This document shows, piece after piece, positions 1 through 7,544 of a DNA stretch of 17,882 bases (positions are counted from its first letter, which is position 1; the number at the start of each line of letters is the position of its first letter). The stretch comes from Bdellovibrionota bacterium (GTDB lineage: Bacteria > Bdellovibrionota_C > UBA2361 > JBGSMV01), in assembly GCA_044356455.1 (NCBI GenBank), contig JBIKWF010000095.1, positions 1 to 17,882 of the forward strand, read 5' to 3'. Position numbers and translations under genes: made by a program. A model generated the notes under the pieces. That model saw nothing but the letters and a program-made list of their open reading frames with translations, did no database searches and was not told the DNA's origin.

Positions 1-204
1 GTTCTCTTTACCAAACAAGTCAGCATCATCGGATCGACCATGGGTAAGTCTCAGGACTTCATTGATGCGCTTAATTTCATGTGGCAGCACAACATCAAAC
101 CTTCCATAGACTGCGTTGAGCCGCTCTCAAAGGGTATTCAAATGATTCACCGCCTTGAGGAAGGGAAGCAGTTTGGGAAGATTGTGCTTAAGCCAGGGGC
201 ATAG
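1..204 (+). CDS. 3' end of a zinc-binding dehydrogenase / quinone oxidoreductase (MDR family), truncated by the window edge
   Basis: Frame 1 reads VLFTKQVSIIGSTMGKSQDFIDALNFMWQHNIKPSIDCVEPLSKGIQMIHRLEEGKQFGKIVLKPGA* with TAG at 202-204. IIGSTMG, IKPxID and FGKIVL are typical MDR C-terminal motifs. Not in the ORF track. Confidence 0.8.
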   Translation, partial: VLFTKQVSIIGSTMGKSQDFIDALNFMWQHNIKPSIDCVEPLSKGIQMIHRLEEGKQFGKIVLKPGA

Positions 205-293
205 CCAGCCACCTGCGCCCTCACGTGCCTGAGCGGCTAATTTCTAACAGAAGCCTCATGAAAAGCGCTCTCGCCGCGACTGGGTAATCATCA

Positions 294-329
294 TTGATTG
301 ATATGCACACTTGAAGCATACTTGTATGC
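294..329 (+). promoter_or_regulatory. Putative sigma70 promoter and palindromic operator of vapBC
   Basis: TTGATT (294-299), 17-bp spacer, CATACT (317-322). A perfect palindrome GCATAC-TT-GTATGC (316-329) overlaps the -10 box. Direct repeat GCACACTTG / GCATACTTG at 305-313 and 316-324. Confidence 0.6.
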
Positions 330-530
330 ATGAGAACGACATTAAATATCGACGACGCCCTTGTGAAAAAAGCGGCCAAGCTAAGCGGAATCGCTGAGAA
401 GACCGCACTTGTGAGGGCAGGCCTGGAAGCGCTCATTGCGCGCGAGAGCAGCAGACGCTTGGCCGAATTGGGCGGCTCGGAGAAATCTTTAAAGGCAACT
501 CGAAGACGAAAGGCTGCGGGCTTGCCATGA
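330..530 (+). CDS. vapB: VapB family antitoxin (ribbon-helix-helix type)
   Basis: 66 aa, MRTTLNIDDALVKKAAKLSGIAEKTALVRAGLEALIARESSRRLAELGGS, a typical VapB sequence. Overlaps the PIN gene by ATGA (527-530). Confidence 0.92.
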   Translation: MRTTLNIDDALVKKAAKLSGIAEKTALVRAGLEALIARESSRRLAELGGSEKSLKATRRRKAAGLP

Positions 531-883
531 TCCTTGTTGATACTTCTATTTGGGTCGAACACCTCCGATCGGGGAGCGAGGAGCTTGCTTCCCTATTAAA
601 AAAGGCCGAGGTCCTTACGCACCCCTTTGTGATTGGCGAGCTGTGCCTCGGAAACCTTAAGAATCGGAGAGAAATTGTCTCTCTGTTGCAAGAGTTACCA
701 ATCGCCTCACTCGCCGAGAACCATGAAGTCCTCGATCTTATCGAGTCGCGAAAACTTATGGGGCACGGCATCGGGTGGGTCGACACCCACCTGTTGGCTT
801 CGGCTCTCCTATCTGGAAGCCCTCTTTGGACCGCGGATCGCAAGCTTCGCTCTCTCTGTGCGTCTCTAGGTATCCTGTACTAG
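527..883 (+). CDS. vapC: VapC family PIN-domain toxin
   Basis: 118 aa with MILVDTSIW, HPFVIGEL, GIGWVDTHLLASA and LWTADRKL, carrying the acidic PIN residues. Translationally coupled to vapB. Confidence 0.93.
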   Translation: MILVDTSIWVEHLRSGSEELASLLKKAEVLTHPFVIGELCLGNLKNRREIVSLLQELPIASLAENHEVLDLIESRKLMGHGIGWVDTHLLASALLSGSPLWTADRKLRSLCASLGILY

Positions 884-2548
884 CCGTTCGCGTACTCGAT
901 CCATCCGCAAGCGATACTGCGCTACCTGCTCATCAATCGTCGCTGACAGAGCTCCTGGATATGATCTTAAGATTTCGGACAGCCCAGGGAGAGCGCCAAA
1001 ACCGTGTCCCTCTTCATACTCAAGATCAAGTCTGCGCCTCACTATATCCTCTATTCCTTCTGCTTGCTCGAAATCCCTCGCCAAGCGCACTTCTCCCTTA
1101 AGCGCATATTGCTGGAGGGGCTCTATGCCATCTGCATACTCGAGGAGTTTCACTACCCTGCCCCCCAGCCTCGAGACAGCTTTGGCCTGAAGTTCAGGGG
1201 AAACCCCTGCGGAGGCGCAGGCACTCGCAAACTCTTGGAGTCGCTCCTTAAGCGCCGCCGCACCGGGAAGAGGCCTGCTTCCGACGGAAAGCACGGCACC
1301 AGGCCTTTCGCAGTAGCGAAGCAATATTTTCATGCCCTCCCAACATGTCCATGCGGCCGTCGTATACTTGCCGCCCAATAGACTGAGGATACCGTTCGAA
1401 TACTCCCAGCGATGGCCGCGGGAGAGCGCGGCCGTGTCGCCAGTCCGCCCCCCCTCTATCACGGGAAGCGCTCGAATACCGGCAAAGCAATAGTGTGGAG
1501 CTGCTGAAGCTAGGGCGCCCAAGCTGAGATCTTCTTGCACATGCGCACACAGCTCTTGAATCTCATCCCGTGAGGGAAGAGGATCTCTCTCTGCTGAGTA
1601 CACTTCGCGCTCGGTAGTTCCAAGAAGCGTACCCGCAGGATGCGGAGTTACGAAATAGTAGCGTCCTTTCTGCTTCCTTCCTTTCTCTCGAATCGGAAGC
1701 ACGAGGGCGGGCCCCTGCCAGCGGCTTTTAAAGAGCAGGTGCGCCCCGCGACTGAAACGTAGCTTTGAGGCTAGTCCACGCGTGGTCATCCCTCCCGCGC
1801 CAGAAACCCAAGGGCCGGCACAATTCACGACTATCCCTGCGCGAATACTCCGCTGCTCCAAGGAGGCACCAGGAAGTGTTTCCTTCCAGCGCACGTCCAC
1901 ACCTTGCGGGTGGGACAACATAAGTTCGGTTTCGGCATAGTTGAGACAGTGGGCACCTTCCTGACGCGCTGCAATAATGCGCTCAATTACGAGTCGCGTA
2001 TCGTTCATGATGCCGTCGGTGTAGCTCCAGCCTGCAAACTCTGGAGTGCGCATGGCATCAACGGCCCCTATCCAACGCGGAAGCGGCGCACTTCCTCGCG
2101 CCATCGCCGAGTACAGCGTTAGCCCCAGCCACATCTTCAGTTTTTCAAAGGTCTCCGCCTTACCAAGAGGCGCCACAAATTCTTGCGCCTTTACTAGGTG
2201 AGGAGCCACCCTATACAGGCCTTCTCGAGAACGAATCCCTTCATAGACCTGCCGAAAATCAAAATGCTCTAAATAGCGAATTCCTCCATGCGCAAGTTTT
2301 GAGCTTCGGGAGGAAGTGCCTTCCGCGTAGTCCCCGCGCTCAAGGAGCACGGTTCGAAATCCATTAAAGGCTGCGAGATGCGCAAAGGTAGCGCCGTGAA
2401 TGCCGCCGCCCACCACCAAAACATCGCACCAAGATTCTTTTGCAAGATGCGAAAGAATCTCTTCTCTCGACATGAGAGCTGGGGGGGTATCAGTTGCGCC
2501 GCGAAGTACCATAGCCCCAAGGGAACAACGCCCGGTTGCTTGAGGCAA
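866..2548 (-). CDS. glpD: FAD-dependent glycerol-3-phosphate dehydrogenase/oxidase (true start may be 2512 or 2473)
   Basis: DVLVVGGGIHG FAD motif, GTSSRSSKLAHGGIRYLE, DTRLV, VVNCAGPW, SRGAHL, GTTE, GIRAL and GGKYTT. The 3' end overlaps the vapC 3' end by 18 bp (convergent). Confidence 0.88.
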   Translation of the reverse strand: MPQATGRCSLGAMVLRGATDTPPALMSREEILSHLAKESWCDVLVVGGGIHGATFAHLAAFNGFRTVLLERGDYAEGTSSRSSKLAHGGIRYLEHFDFRQVYEGIRSREGLYRVAPHLVKAQEFVAPLGKAETFEKLKMWLGLTLYSAMARGSAPLPRWIGAVDAMRTPEFAGWSYTDGIMNDTRLVIERIIAARQEGAHCLNYAETELMLSHPQGVDVRWKETLPGASLEQRSIRAGIVVNCAGPWVSGAGGMTTRGLASKLRFSRGAHLLFKSRWQGPALVLPIREKGRKQKGRYYFVTPHPAGTLLGTTEREVYSAERDPLPSRDEIQELCAHVQEDLSLGALASAAPHYCFAGIRALPVIEGGRTGDTAALSRGHRWEYSNGILSLLGGKYTTAAWTCWEGMKILLRYCERPGAVLSVGSRPLPGAAALKERLQEFASACASAGVSPELQAKAVSRLGGRVVKLLEYADGIEPLQQYALKGEVRLARDFEQAEGIEDIVRRRLDLEYEEGHGFGALPGLSEILRSYPGALSATIDEQVAQYRLRMDRVRERLVQDT

Positions 2549-2571
2549 GACATTTCATTGCAAAGAAGTTC

Positions 2572-3009
2572 CTAATCTCTGCTCTTAAGGAGCTTCACGT
2601 CCTGTACTTTCACCGCGCTTGGAGGAACCTGCGTTAAACGCCAGGTACCTGCGGAAACCTTTGGAAAGAGGATCAATGAATTGGTGCGCACTTCGCCCTT
2701 GACGCTAGGAGACAGACCGTCGACATGCACGAGGGACCATAGCCCTTGGGCTTCAAGAGAACGCTGCCCTTGGGCTTGCAGAGGTGACTGCCCCTGGGCT
2801 TCCGAAGGAGCAGTAGCCAAGTGCACTTCAACAGTCTCAGCCTCATGAATCTGAGCAACGAGGCGCGCAAGACCCGACCGATCCACTATCTTAAGCTCTG
2901 ATGCCTCGTTCTCTGCCACTACCGTTCGAGTCACAGCCCCACTCAGGATCACTGCCGAGAGCGAAATAACGAGGCGCAGACCTCTCTTAAAAGTATGAGT
3001 ACATGTCAT
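2572..3009 (-). CDS. Hypothetical secreted protein with an internal 8-aa tandem repeat
   Basis: 145 aa. Signal-peptide-like N-terminus (KRGLRLVISLSAVILSGAV...VVA-ENE), purine-rich RBS-like GGAGAGAG upstream, co-oriented with glpD. Confidence 0.7.
   Translation of the reverse strand: MTCTHTFKRGLRLVISLSAVILSGAVTRTVVAENEASELKIVDRSGLARLVAQIHEAETVEVHLATAPSEAQGQSPLQAQGQRSLEAQGLWSLVHVDGLSPSVKGEVRTNSLILFPKVSAGTWRLTQVPPSAVKVQDVKLLKSRD
2742..2802. repeat. 24-bp tandem repeat (about 2.5 units) inside the hypothetical gene
   Basis: GCCCTTGGGCTT / GCCCTTGGGCTT / GCCCCTGGGCTT at a 24-bp period, encoding EAQGQSPL-QAQGQRSL-EAQGLWSL. Confidence 0.8.
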
Positions 3010-3040
3010 CGTCTCTCTCCCTTACGATCGTAAGTACAGC

Positions 3041-3175
3041 TAGGGAATCTCCGAAGAAGTCTGCTCTGTGAACTCTGTGCCCTCTGTGGTTGATCTAAAT
3101 TGCTTAAAAACCACAGAGGACACAGAGTTCACAGAGAGAAGAATAAAATATCGATGTTTCTCAGAGGCTACCCTT
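3041..3175. mobile_element. MITE/REP-like element, copy A (inverted relative to copies C and D)
   Basis: Ends TAGGGAATCTCCGAAGAA ... TTTCTCAGAGGCTACCCT. Inner inverted repeat 3064-3091 / 3109-3136 (28 bp, 1 mismatch) made of CTCTGTG at a 9-bp period. Aligns along its whole length with the reverse complement of 17280-17413. Confidence 0.8.
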
Positions 3176-3186
3176 GCCCCCCATTC

Positions 3187-3265
3187 TTTTTGGTCTTAGT
3201 GCTTGTTTTTACGGACCACCAACTCCACAAGGACTACGAAAGTAAACCTCTTCAAAAGTCCTCTA
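3187..3265. repeat. Degenerate remnant of the same element family abutting the purD stop
   Basis: The minus strand from the purD TAG reads TAGAGGACTTTTGAAGAG, similar to the family end TAGGGAACCTTTGAAAAA and to TAGAGGAC at 15677. Weak 9-bp periodicity (accaccaac/tccacaagg/actacgaaa). Left boundary uncertain. Confidence 0.4.
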
Positions 3266-4519
3266 ACGTCCTATATCGCGCCGCACCTGTCGCCCTTTGA
3301 ATTGAATCATATCGCAAACCTTGTAGGCCCGCGACGCTGCTTCAGCGACCGTAGCGCCCGTTGCCGTTGCGCTCAGCACCCTACCGCCGCTGGTAACGAG
3401 TTTACCGGCATCATTGCGTTTTATCCCCGCATAAAACACTGCTCCCTGAGGAAGCATCTCACCGAACTCTATGCCGGTTATCTCATCACCTTGCTGCACC
3501 GTTCCGGGATACCCTGCCGACGCTGCCACAATACAAACCGCCGCGTCTGAACTCCACGTCATAGGGGGAAGAGGCGCCTTTCCGGCAGGATCAGAGAGCG
3601 CGTGACAAAGTTCAAGGAAATCCCCCTCCATACGGCGCATAATCACCTGCGTTTCGGGGTCGCCCAGACGCGCATTGAACTCGAGCACTTTAATGCCGCC
3701 CTCTTCCCCTACCATGAGGCCCGCATAGAGAAATCCTCGAAAGGGGGCGCCGCGCCTACGCATTTCTGCAAGCACAGGATAAATGACCTCACTGAGGGCA
3801 CGCTTTTCAAGTTCTGGAGAGAGCGATGGAGTCGGACTCACCGAGCCCATTCCGCCGGTATTGGGACCTTCATGATTATCAAGCAGACGCTTATAATCAT
3901 GAGATGAGGCGAGCGGCACTACCCGCTCACCATCAGTGGCCACGATATAGGAGACCTCATGTCCGCTCATGTAGTCTTCTGCGACCATGCGCTGAATCTT
4001 AAGTACGCCGAAGAGCTGCTCTAAGCCCTCCGCAACGTCGCTTCGAGAAAGGCACACAAAGACTCCTTTGCCGGCAGCAAGGCCATCCGCTTTAAGCACG
4101 ATGGGAGGCTGCACCTTTGCAAGGTAGGCTTCCGCACTTTGGCGATCGCTAAATACTTTGCAAGCAGCCGTAGAAACACCAGCCCCCTGCATTACCTCTT
4201 TTGCAAAGCTCTTGGAGGCCTCAATGCGCGCGGCTTCTTGAGAAGGCCCAAAAATGCGCAGCCCTCGTGCGGCAAACGCATCCGAAATCCCCAAGGAAAG
4301 AGGAAGCTCGGGGCCGACAATGGTTAGGTCAATTTTTCGCGAGCGCGCAAATTCGGCGAGACCAACAATATCGTCCATCGCAATCGGCACATTCTGGGCC
4401 ACGCGCTCGGTGCCAGGATTACCGGGCGCGCAGTAGAGCGCCGTCAATTCACGGGAACTGCGAAGCTTCCAGCACATGGCGTGCTCCCGAGCTCCATTAC
4501 CGATTACTAATACGTTCAT
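3263..4519 (-). CDS. purD: Phosphoribosylamine--glycine ligase (GAR synthetase)
   Basis: MNVLVIGNGAREHA, APGNPG, VGPELPL, KADGLAAGKGV, GPNTGGMG, EFNARLGDPETQ and TSGGRVL. RBS AGGAG upstream. Confidence 0.97.
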   Translation of the reverse strand: MNVLVIGNGAREHAMCWKLRSSRELTALYCAPGNPGTERVAQNVPIAMDDIVGLAEFARSRKIDLTIVGPELPLSLGISDAFAARGLRIFGPSQEAARIEASKSFAKEVMQGAGVSTAACKVFSDRQSAEAYLAKVQPPIVLKADGLAAGKGVFVCLSRSDVAEGLEQLFGVLKIQRMVAEDYMSGHEVSYIVATDGERVVPLASSHDYKRLLDNHEGPNTGGMGSVSPTPSLSPELEKRALSEVIYPVLAEMRRRGAPFRGFLYAGLMVGEEGGIKVLEFNARLGDPETQVIMRRMEGDFLELCHALSDPAGKAPLPPMTWSSDAAVCIVAASAGYPGTVQQGDEITGIEFGEMLPQGAVFYAGIKRNDAGKLVTSGGRVLSATATGATVAEAASRAYKVCDMIQFKGRQVRRDIGR

Positions 4520-4616
4520 ACCCTCTCCTTGCCCGATCGTTAGCGTCCGCTTAGTGGGCTCAAGTGGTCAAAGCTGCTTACGCACACAACCACCAAGACC
4601 ACTAAGGGGAAAAATC

Positions 4617-4762
4617 TAAGAAATCTATGAAAAACTTAAAATCGCGCTCCTTCTGTACTGTTTTTCCTCCGCGTACTCTGCGTCCTCCGCGTTATTCAAT
4701 AGTTTTCAAGTAACGCGGAGGACGCTAAGTACGCGGAGGGGAAGTTTTTCGGATGTTTCCTA
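4617..4762. mobile_element. MITE/REP-like element, copy B (GC-rich hairpin variant) between purH and purD
   Basis: Ends TAAGAAATCTATGAAAAACTT ... AAGTTTTTCGGATGTTTCCTA. Inner inverted repeat 4666-4694 / 4711-4739 (29 bp, 2 mismatches, 16-nt loop) made of CTCCGCG/CTCTGCG at a 9-bp period. Confidence 0.72.
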
Positions 4763-6385
4763 ATGCCGGAAATGTCTCTCGCCCGCGAAGAAAAGCGTGG
4801 CTCCGCATTTCTCGGCGGCTGCGATTACATCGGCATCACGTTTTGCTCCCTTGGGAGCAACAACGTGGGTTATTCCCGCTTCAAGCAAAAGCTCAATCCC
4901 ATCGGGGAACGGGAAGAAGGCATCTGAAGCCGCAACCGCTCCGCTAAGATCGTGGTTATGCAATCGCGCTTTCTGCAGAGCGACTTCAACTGAGTCCACT
5001 CGGCTCATTTGTCCCGCGCCGACCCCTACCAGAACCCCTTCTTTCACAATGACAATTGCATTCGACTTAACTTGACTACAAAGGCGCCACGCGAATTCAA
5101 GGTCAGCGCTCTTATCCCCACCCTTACCTCTCGCGACTTGCTCCCACATACGGGAACTAGAAATTTCTCTATCAGGCGACTGCACTAGGTACCCGTCGAG
5201 TACCGAGCGAACTTCGAAGGCTGGAACTAGTTTCCCCACGTCAACTTCAAGCACTCGCAAGTTCTTGTTTTGCAGGAGAATAGAAAGGGCCTCTGGATCA
5301 TAAGAGGGTGCAACTACCACCTCGGCGAAATCCTCGCGAATCTCTTCAGCGGCTGCCTTAGAAACCGCACAGGTAAAGCCGATAATGCCGCCAAAATGAC
5401 TGCGCGGGTCAGAGCGCTTCGCGCTCTGCAGAGCCTCAAGAGCGGTACTGCCGCGTGCGGCGCCGCAAGGGTTGAGATGTTTGATAATAGCTGCTGTAGG
5501 GCCAGCCCCATCAAGAAGTTGTAAGAGCCTGACCATCGCATCACAATCAAGCAAGTTATTGAAGGAAAGTACTTTCCCTCCATGCACCCGCCACGCGGCA
5601 CTACCATGATCTGAACTATCGAGCGGCCCACTCATAGGTAGACGGCTCATGGGCACACAAAACTCGCCCAATTGGTGTGGATTCTCGCCATAGCGCAGCT
5701 GCCTCTCACGCCGGAGCACCAGCCCCTTGAAGGCCGGGCCCTTGACCTCAGGCTGAACTTCCTGTCCTGACTGGGGACGAGCCTGCTCACTAAGCCCACG
5801 CTGTCCGCTCATATAACTTGCAACGGCCACCCCGTCGTCGGCCAACGTGGCGAACACCTTGGCGGCTAGTTCGCGGCGCAAAGCGCCCTCACCTTCCGCC
5901 GCCCCCTCTAACAGCTTCAGCACACGCGGATAATCGTGAGGGTCAATTATGGGGAGGACTGACTCGTGATTCTTAGCCGCAGCTCGAATCATGCTGGGGC
6001 CACCAATATCAATCAGTTCTATCATTTGATGGTCGGCAAGCACTTTTGCGCCAGGCGCCAGGGCATCACGAAACGGATAGAGATTTACCGCCACCACTTC
6101 AATAGGGCGAATGCCATCTTTTTCAAGAAGCGCGCGATCTTCTGGAACATCCCTGCGCGCCAGAATCCCCGCGTAGATTTTAGGATGCAGAGTCTTTACT
6201 CGCCCGCCAAAAATTTCGGCTTGGCCCGTATAGGCCTCGATAGAAAGTGAGTCGATGCCACATCCCTTCAAAAATGTCCCAGTACCCGAGGTGGTGAGCA
6301 GTTCAAAGCCCAGGCGAACAAGGCCACGCGCAAACTCCTCGAGCCCAGTGCGATCAGAAACACTAATGAGAGCAGTCTTTTTCAT
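4760..6385 (-). CDS. purH: Bifunctional AICAR transformylase / IMP cyclohydrolase
   Basis: ALISVSDRTG, GGRVKTLHPKI, VNLYPF, IDIGGPSMIRAAAKNH, LRYGENPHQ, IIKHLNPCG, VKSNAI, GAGQMSRVDS, ASDAFFPFPDG and C-terminal RHFRH. Confidence 0.97.
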   Translation of the reverse strand: MKKTALISVSDRTGLEEFARGLVRLGFELLTTSGTGTFLKGCGIDSLSIEAYTGQAEIFGGRVKTLHPKIYAGILARRDVPEDRALLEKDGIRPIEVVAVNLYPFRDALAPGAKVLADHQMIELIDIGGPSMIRAAAKNHESVLPIIDPHDYPRVLKLLEGAAEGEGALRRELAAKVFATLADDGVAVASYMSGQRGLSEQARPQSGQEVQPEVKGPAFKGLVLRRERQLRYGENPHQLGEFCVPMSRLPMSGPLDSSDHGSAAWRVHGGKVLSFNNLLDCDAMVRLLQLLDGAGPTAAIIKHLNPCGAARGSTALEALQSAKRSDPRSHFGGIIGFTCAVSKAAAEEIREDFAEVVVAPSYDPEALSILLQNKNLRVLEVDVGKLVPAFEVRSVLDGYLVQSPDREISSSRMWEQVARGKGGDKSADLEFAWRLCSQVKSNAIVIVKEGVLVGVGAGQMSRVDSVEVALQKARLHNHDLSGAVAASDAFFPFPDGIELLLEAGITHVVAPKGAKRDADVIAAAEKCGATLFFAGERHFRH

Positions 6386-6417
6386 GGTGACTCCAAGGGG
6401 GGACCTAAGACGCTTGC

Positions 6418-6446
6418 AGAATACGAATATGCCCCAACAATTTCAA
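6418..6446 (-). promoter_or_regulatory. Putative sigma70 promoter of purH-purD
   Basis: Minus strand TTGAAA (6446-6441), 17-bp spacer, TATTCT (6423-6418). GGAG RBS 5 nt before the purH ATG. Confidence 0.65.
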
Positions 6447-6649
6447 GCTCTTGGCGGTTCTTTTGATGCCGCGAGAGGCGCTTAGAAGTCCGCCCCCGTA
6501 GAAAATCGCTCTCACTACATGCGGGCGTAACAGCGAGTCAGCCTACCTAGGGATTATGTCCAAAATACAGATTTATGCTTCTACGGAACTCACTCCTAGG
6601 GCCGCGAGAGGAGGTTCCCCGGAAGAAAATCTCTGATATACCGAGCTCT

Positions 6650-7432
6650 ATGTATGAGTTAAACGAATGGCTTCTCGTCGGGCTTTCCCTGCTCTTCTTT
6701 TATGCTAGTACGGAAATTGGGTTTCGCTACGGCCGTAAGGCGCGTGGTTCGATTCGCAGTGAGGCCTATCCCCATATCGCCACAATTGAGGGCGCGCTTC
6801 TCGGATTACTTGCGCTGCTACTAGGATTCGCGTTCTCAATGTCGATGAGCCGCTACGACGCGCGGCGTTCAGTGGTGCTCGCCGAAGCAAACGATCTGCA
6901 GACTACGTACTTACGATCCCAAATGCTCCCTCCCCCTCTCAACCAAGAGGCAGGCCAGCTACTAAGAGAGTAAGTCGATTCACGTATTCAATACCTTGAA
7001 GCAGGCAGGGAGAAATCCCTGATTAATAAAGCTCTCGAAAGAACGACTCAGCTTCAAGAGAAGCTCTGGAGCCTGGCGCTCGCCGCGGCAAAGATTTCAA
7101 GCGACGAGGTTACTACTGGTTATTTTATAGCGTCCCTCAACGAGCTGATTGACGATCATACTCGCCGAATTCGCGCCACCGAGAACCATGTTCCTGACAT
7201 TATTTTAGGATTGTTGTTTTTTGCCTCTGCCATGACCCTGGCGATGACGGGATATAGCTCGGGGTTTAACGAAGCGCGGCTTTTAGTCCCACGCTCCATC
7301 CTCATCCTTCTGATTGCCGCGACTTTGCTTGTCATCTTAGATCTCGACCGGCCACGGCGTGGATTCATAACCGTGAGCGAGCCCTCGATGCGTGAGCTTC
7401 ACGAAACTATGCACCGCCGCGTTTCTCACTAA
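6650..7432 (+). pseudogene. DUF4239 / bestrophin-like membrane protein interrupted by a single in-frame TAA (6971-6973)
   Basis: ORFs 6575-6973 and 7211-7432 are in the same frame. Reading through the TAA gives a continuous ~260-aa protein: ...LLGLLALLLGFAFSMSMSRYDARR..V..EAN.L.T.YLR...LLRE*VDSRIQY...SLNELID...NHVP...ILDLDRPRRGFITV. Likely start ATG 6650. Confidence 0.8.
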
Positions 7433-7530
7433 TCAGGCTTCAGCCTGTCTATTACGAGATCGAGCTCCTTGAGCTCAGCAAAGATAAGTTCACGCTCTTT
7501 GACAAGCTCGGCGCGCTTTGCTGTGCGTAT
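7429..7530 (-). repeat. Diverged duplicate of the PP2C gene 3' end (relic coding fragment)
   Basis: 7527-7459 encodes RTAKRAELVKERELIFAELKELD, against RTVKRAELVRERELILAELNELN at 7691-7623. It continues LVIDRLKPD to TAG at 7431-7429. I found no start codon in this frame. Confidence 0.85.
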
Positions 7531-7544
7531 CGACGAGGAAATAA

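Noticed and set aside
3100..3300. 66-aa ORF MLKNHRGHRVHRE...
   Set aside because: It is a translation of the CACAGAG repeat arms of element copy A, not a credible gene.
6386..6575. ZMP/ZTP (pfl) riboswitch upstream of purH
   Set aside because: The expected GACUGGCG and CGCCUGGGC elements are absent, and a good promoter at 6446-6418 leaves a leader of only about 25 nt.
6971..6973. Stop-codon recoding or alternative genetic code
   Set aside because: All other genes read normally in code 11 and TAA acts as a real stop elsewhere in the window; a point mutation or sequencing error is simpler.
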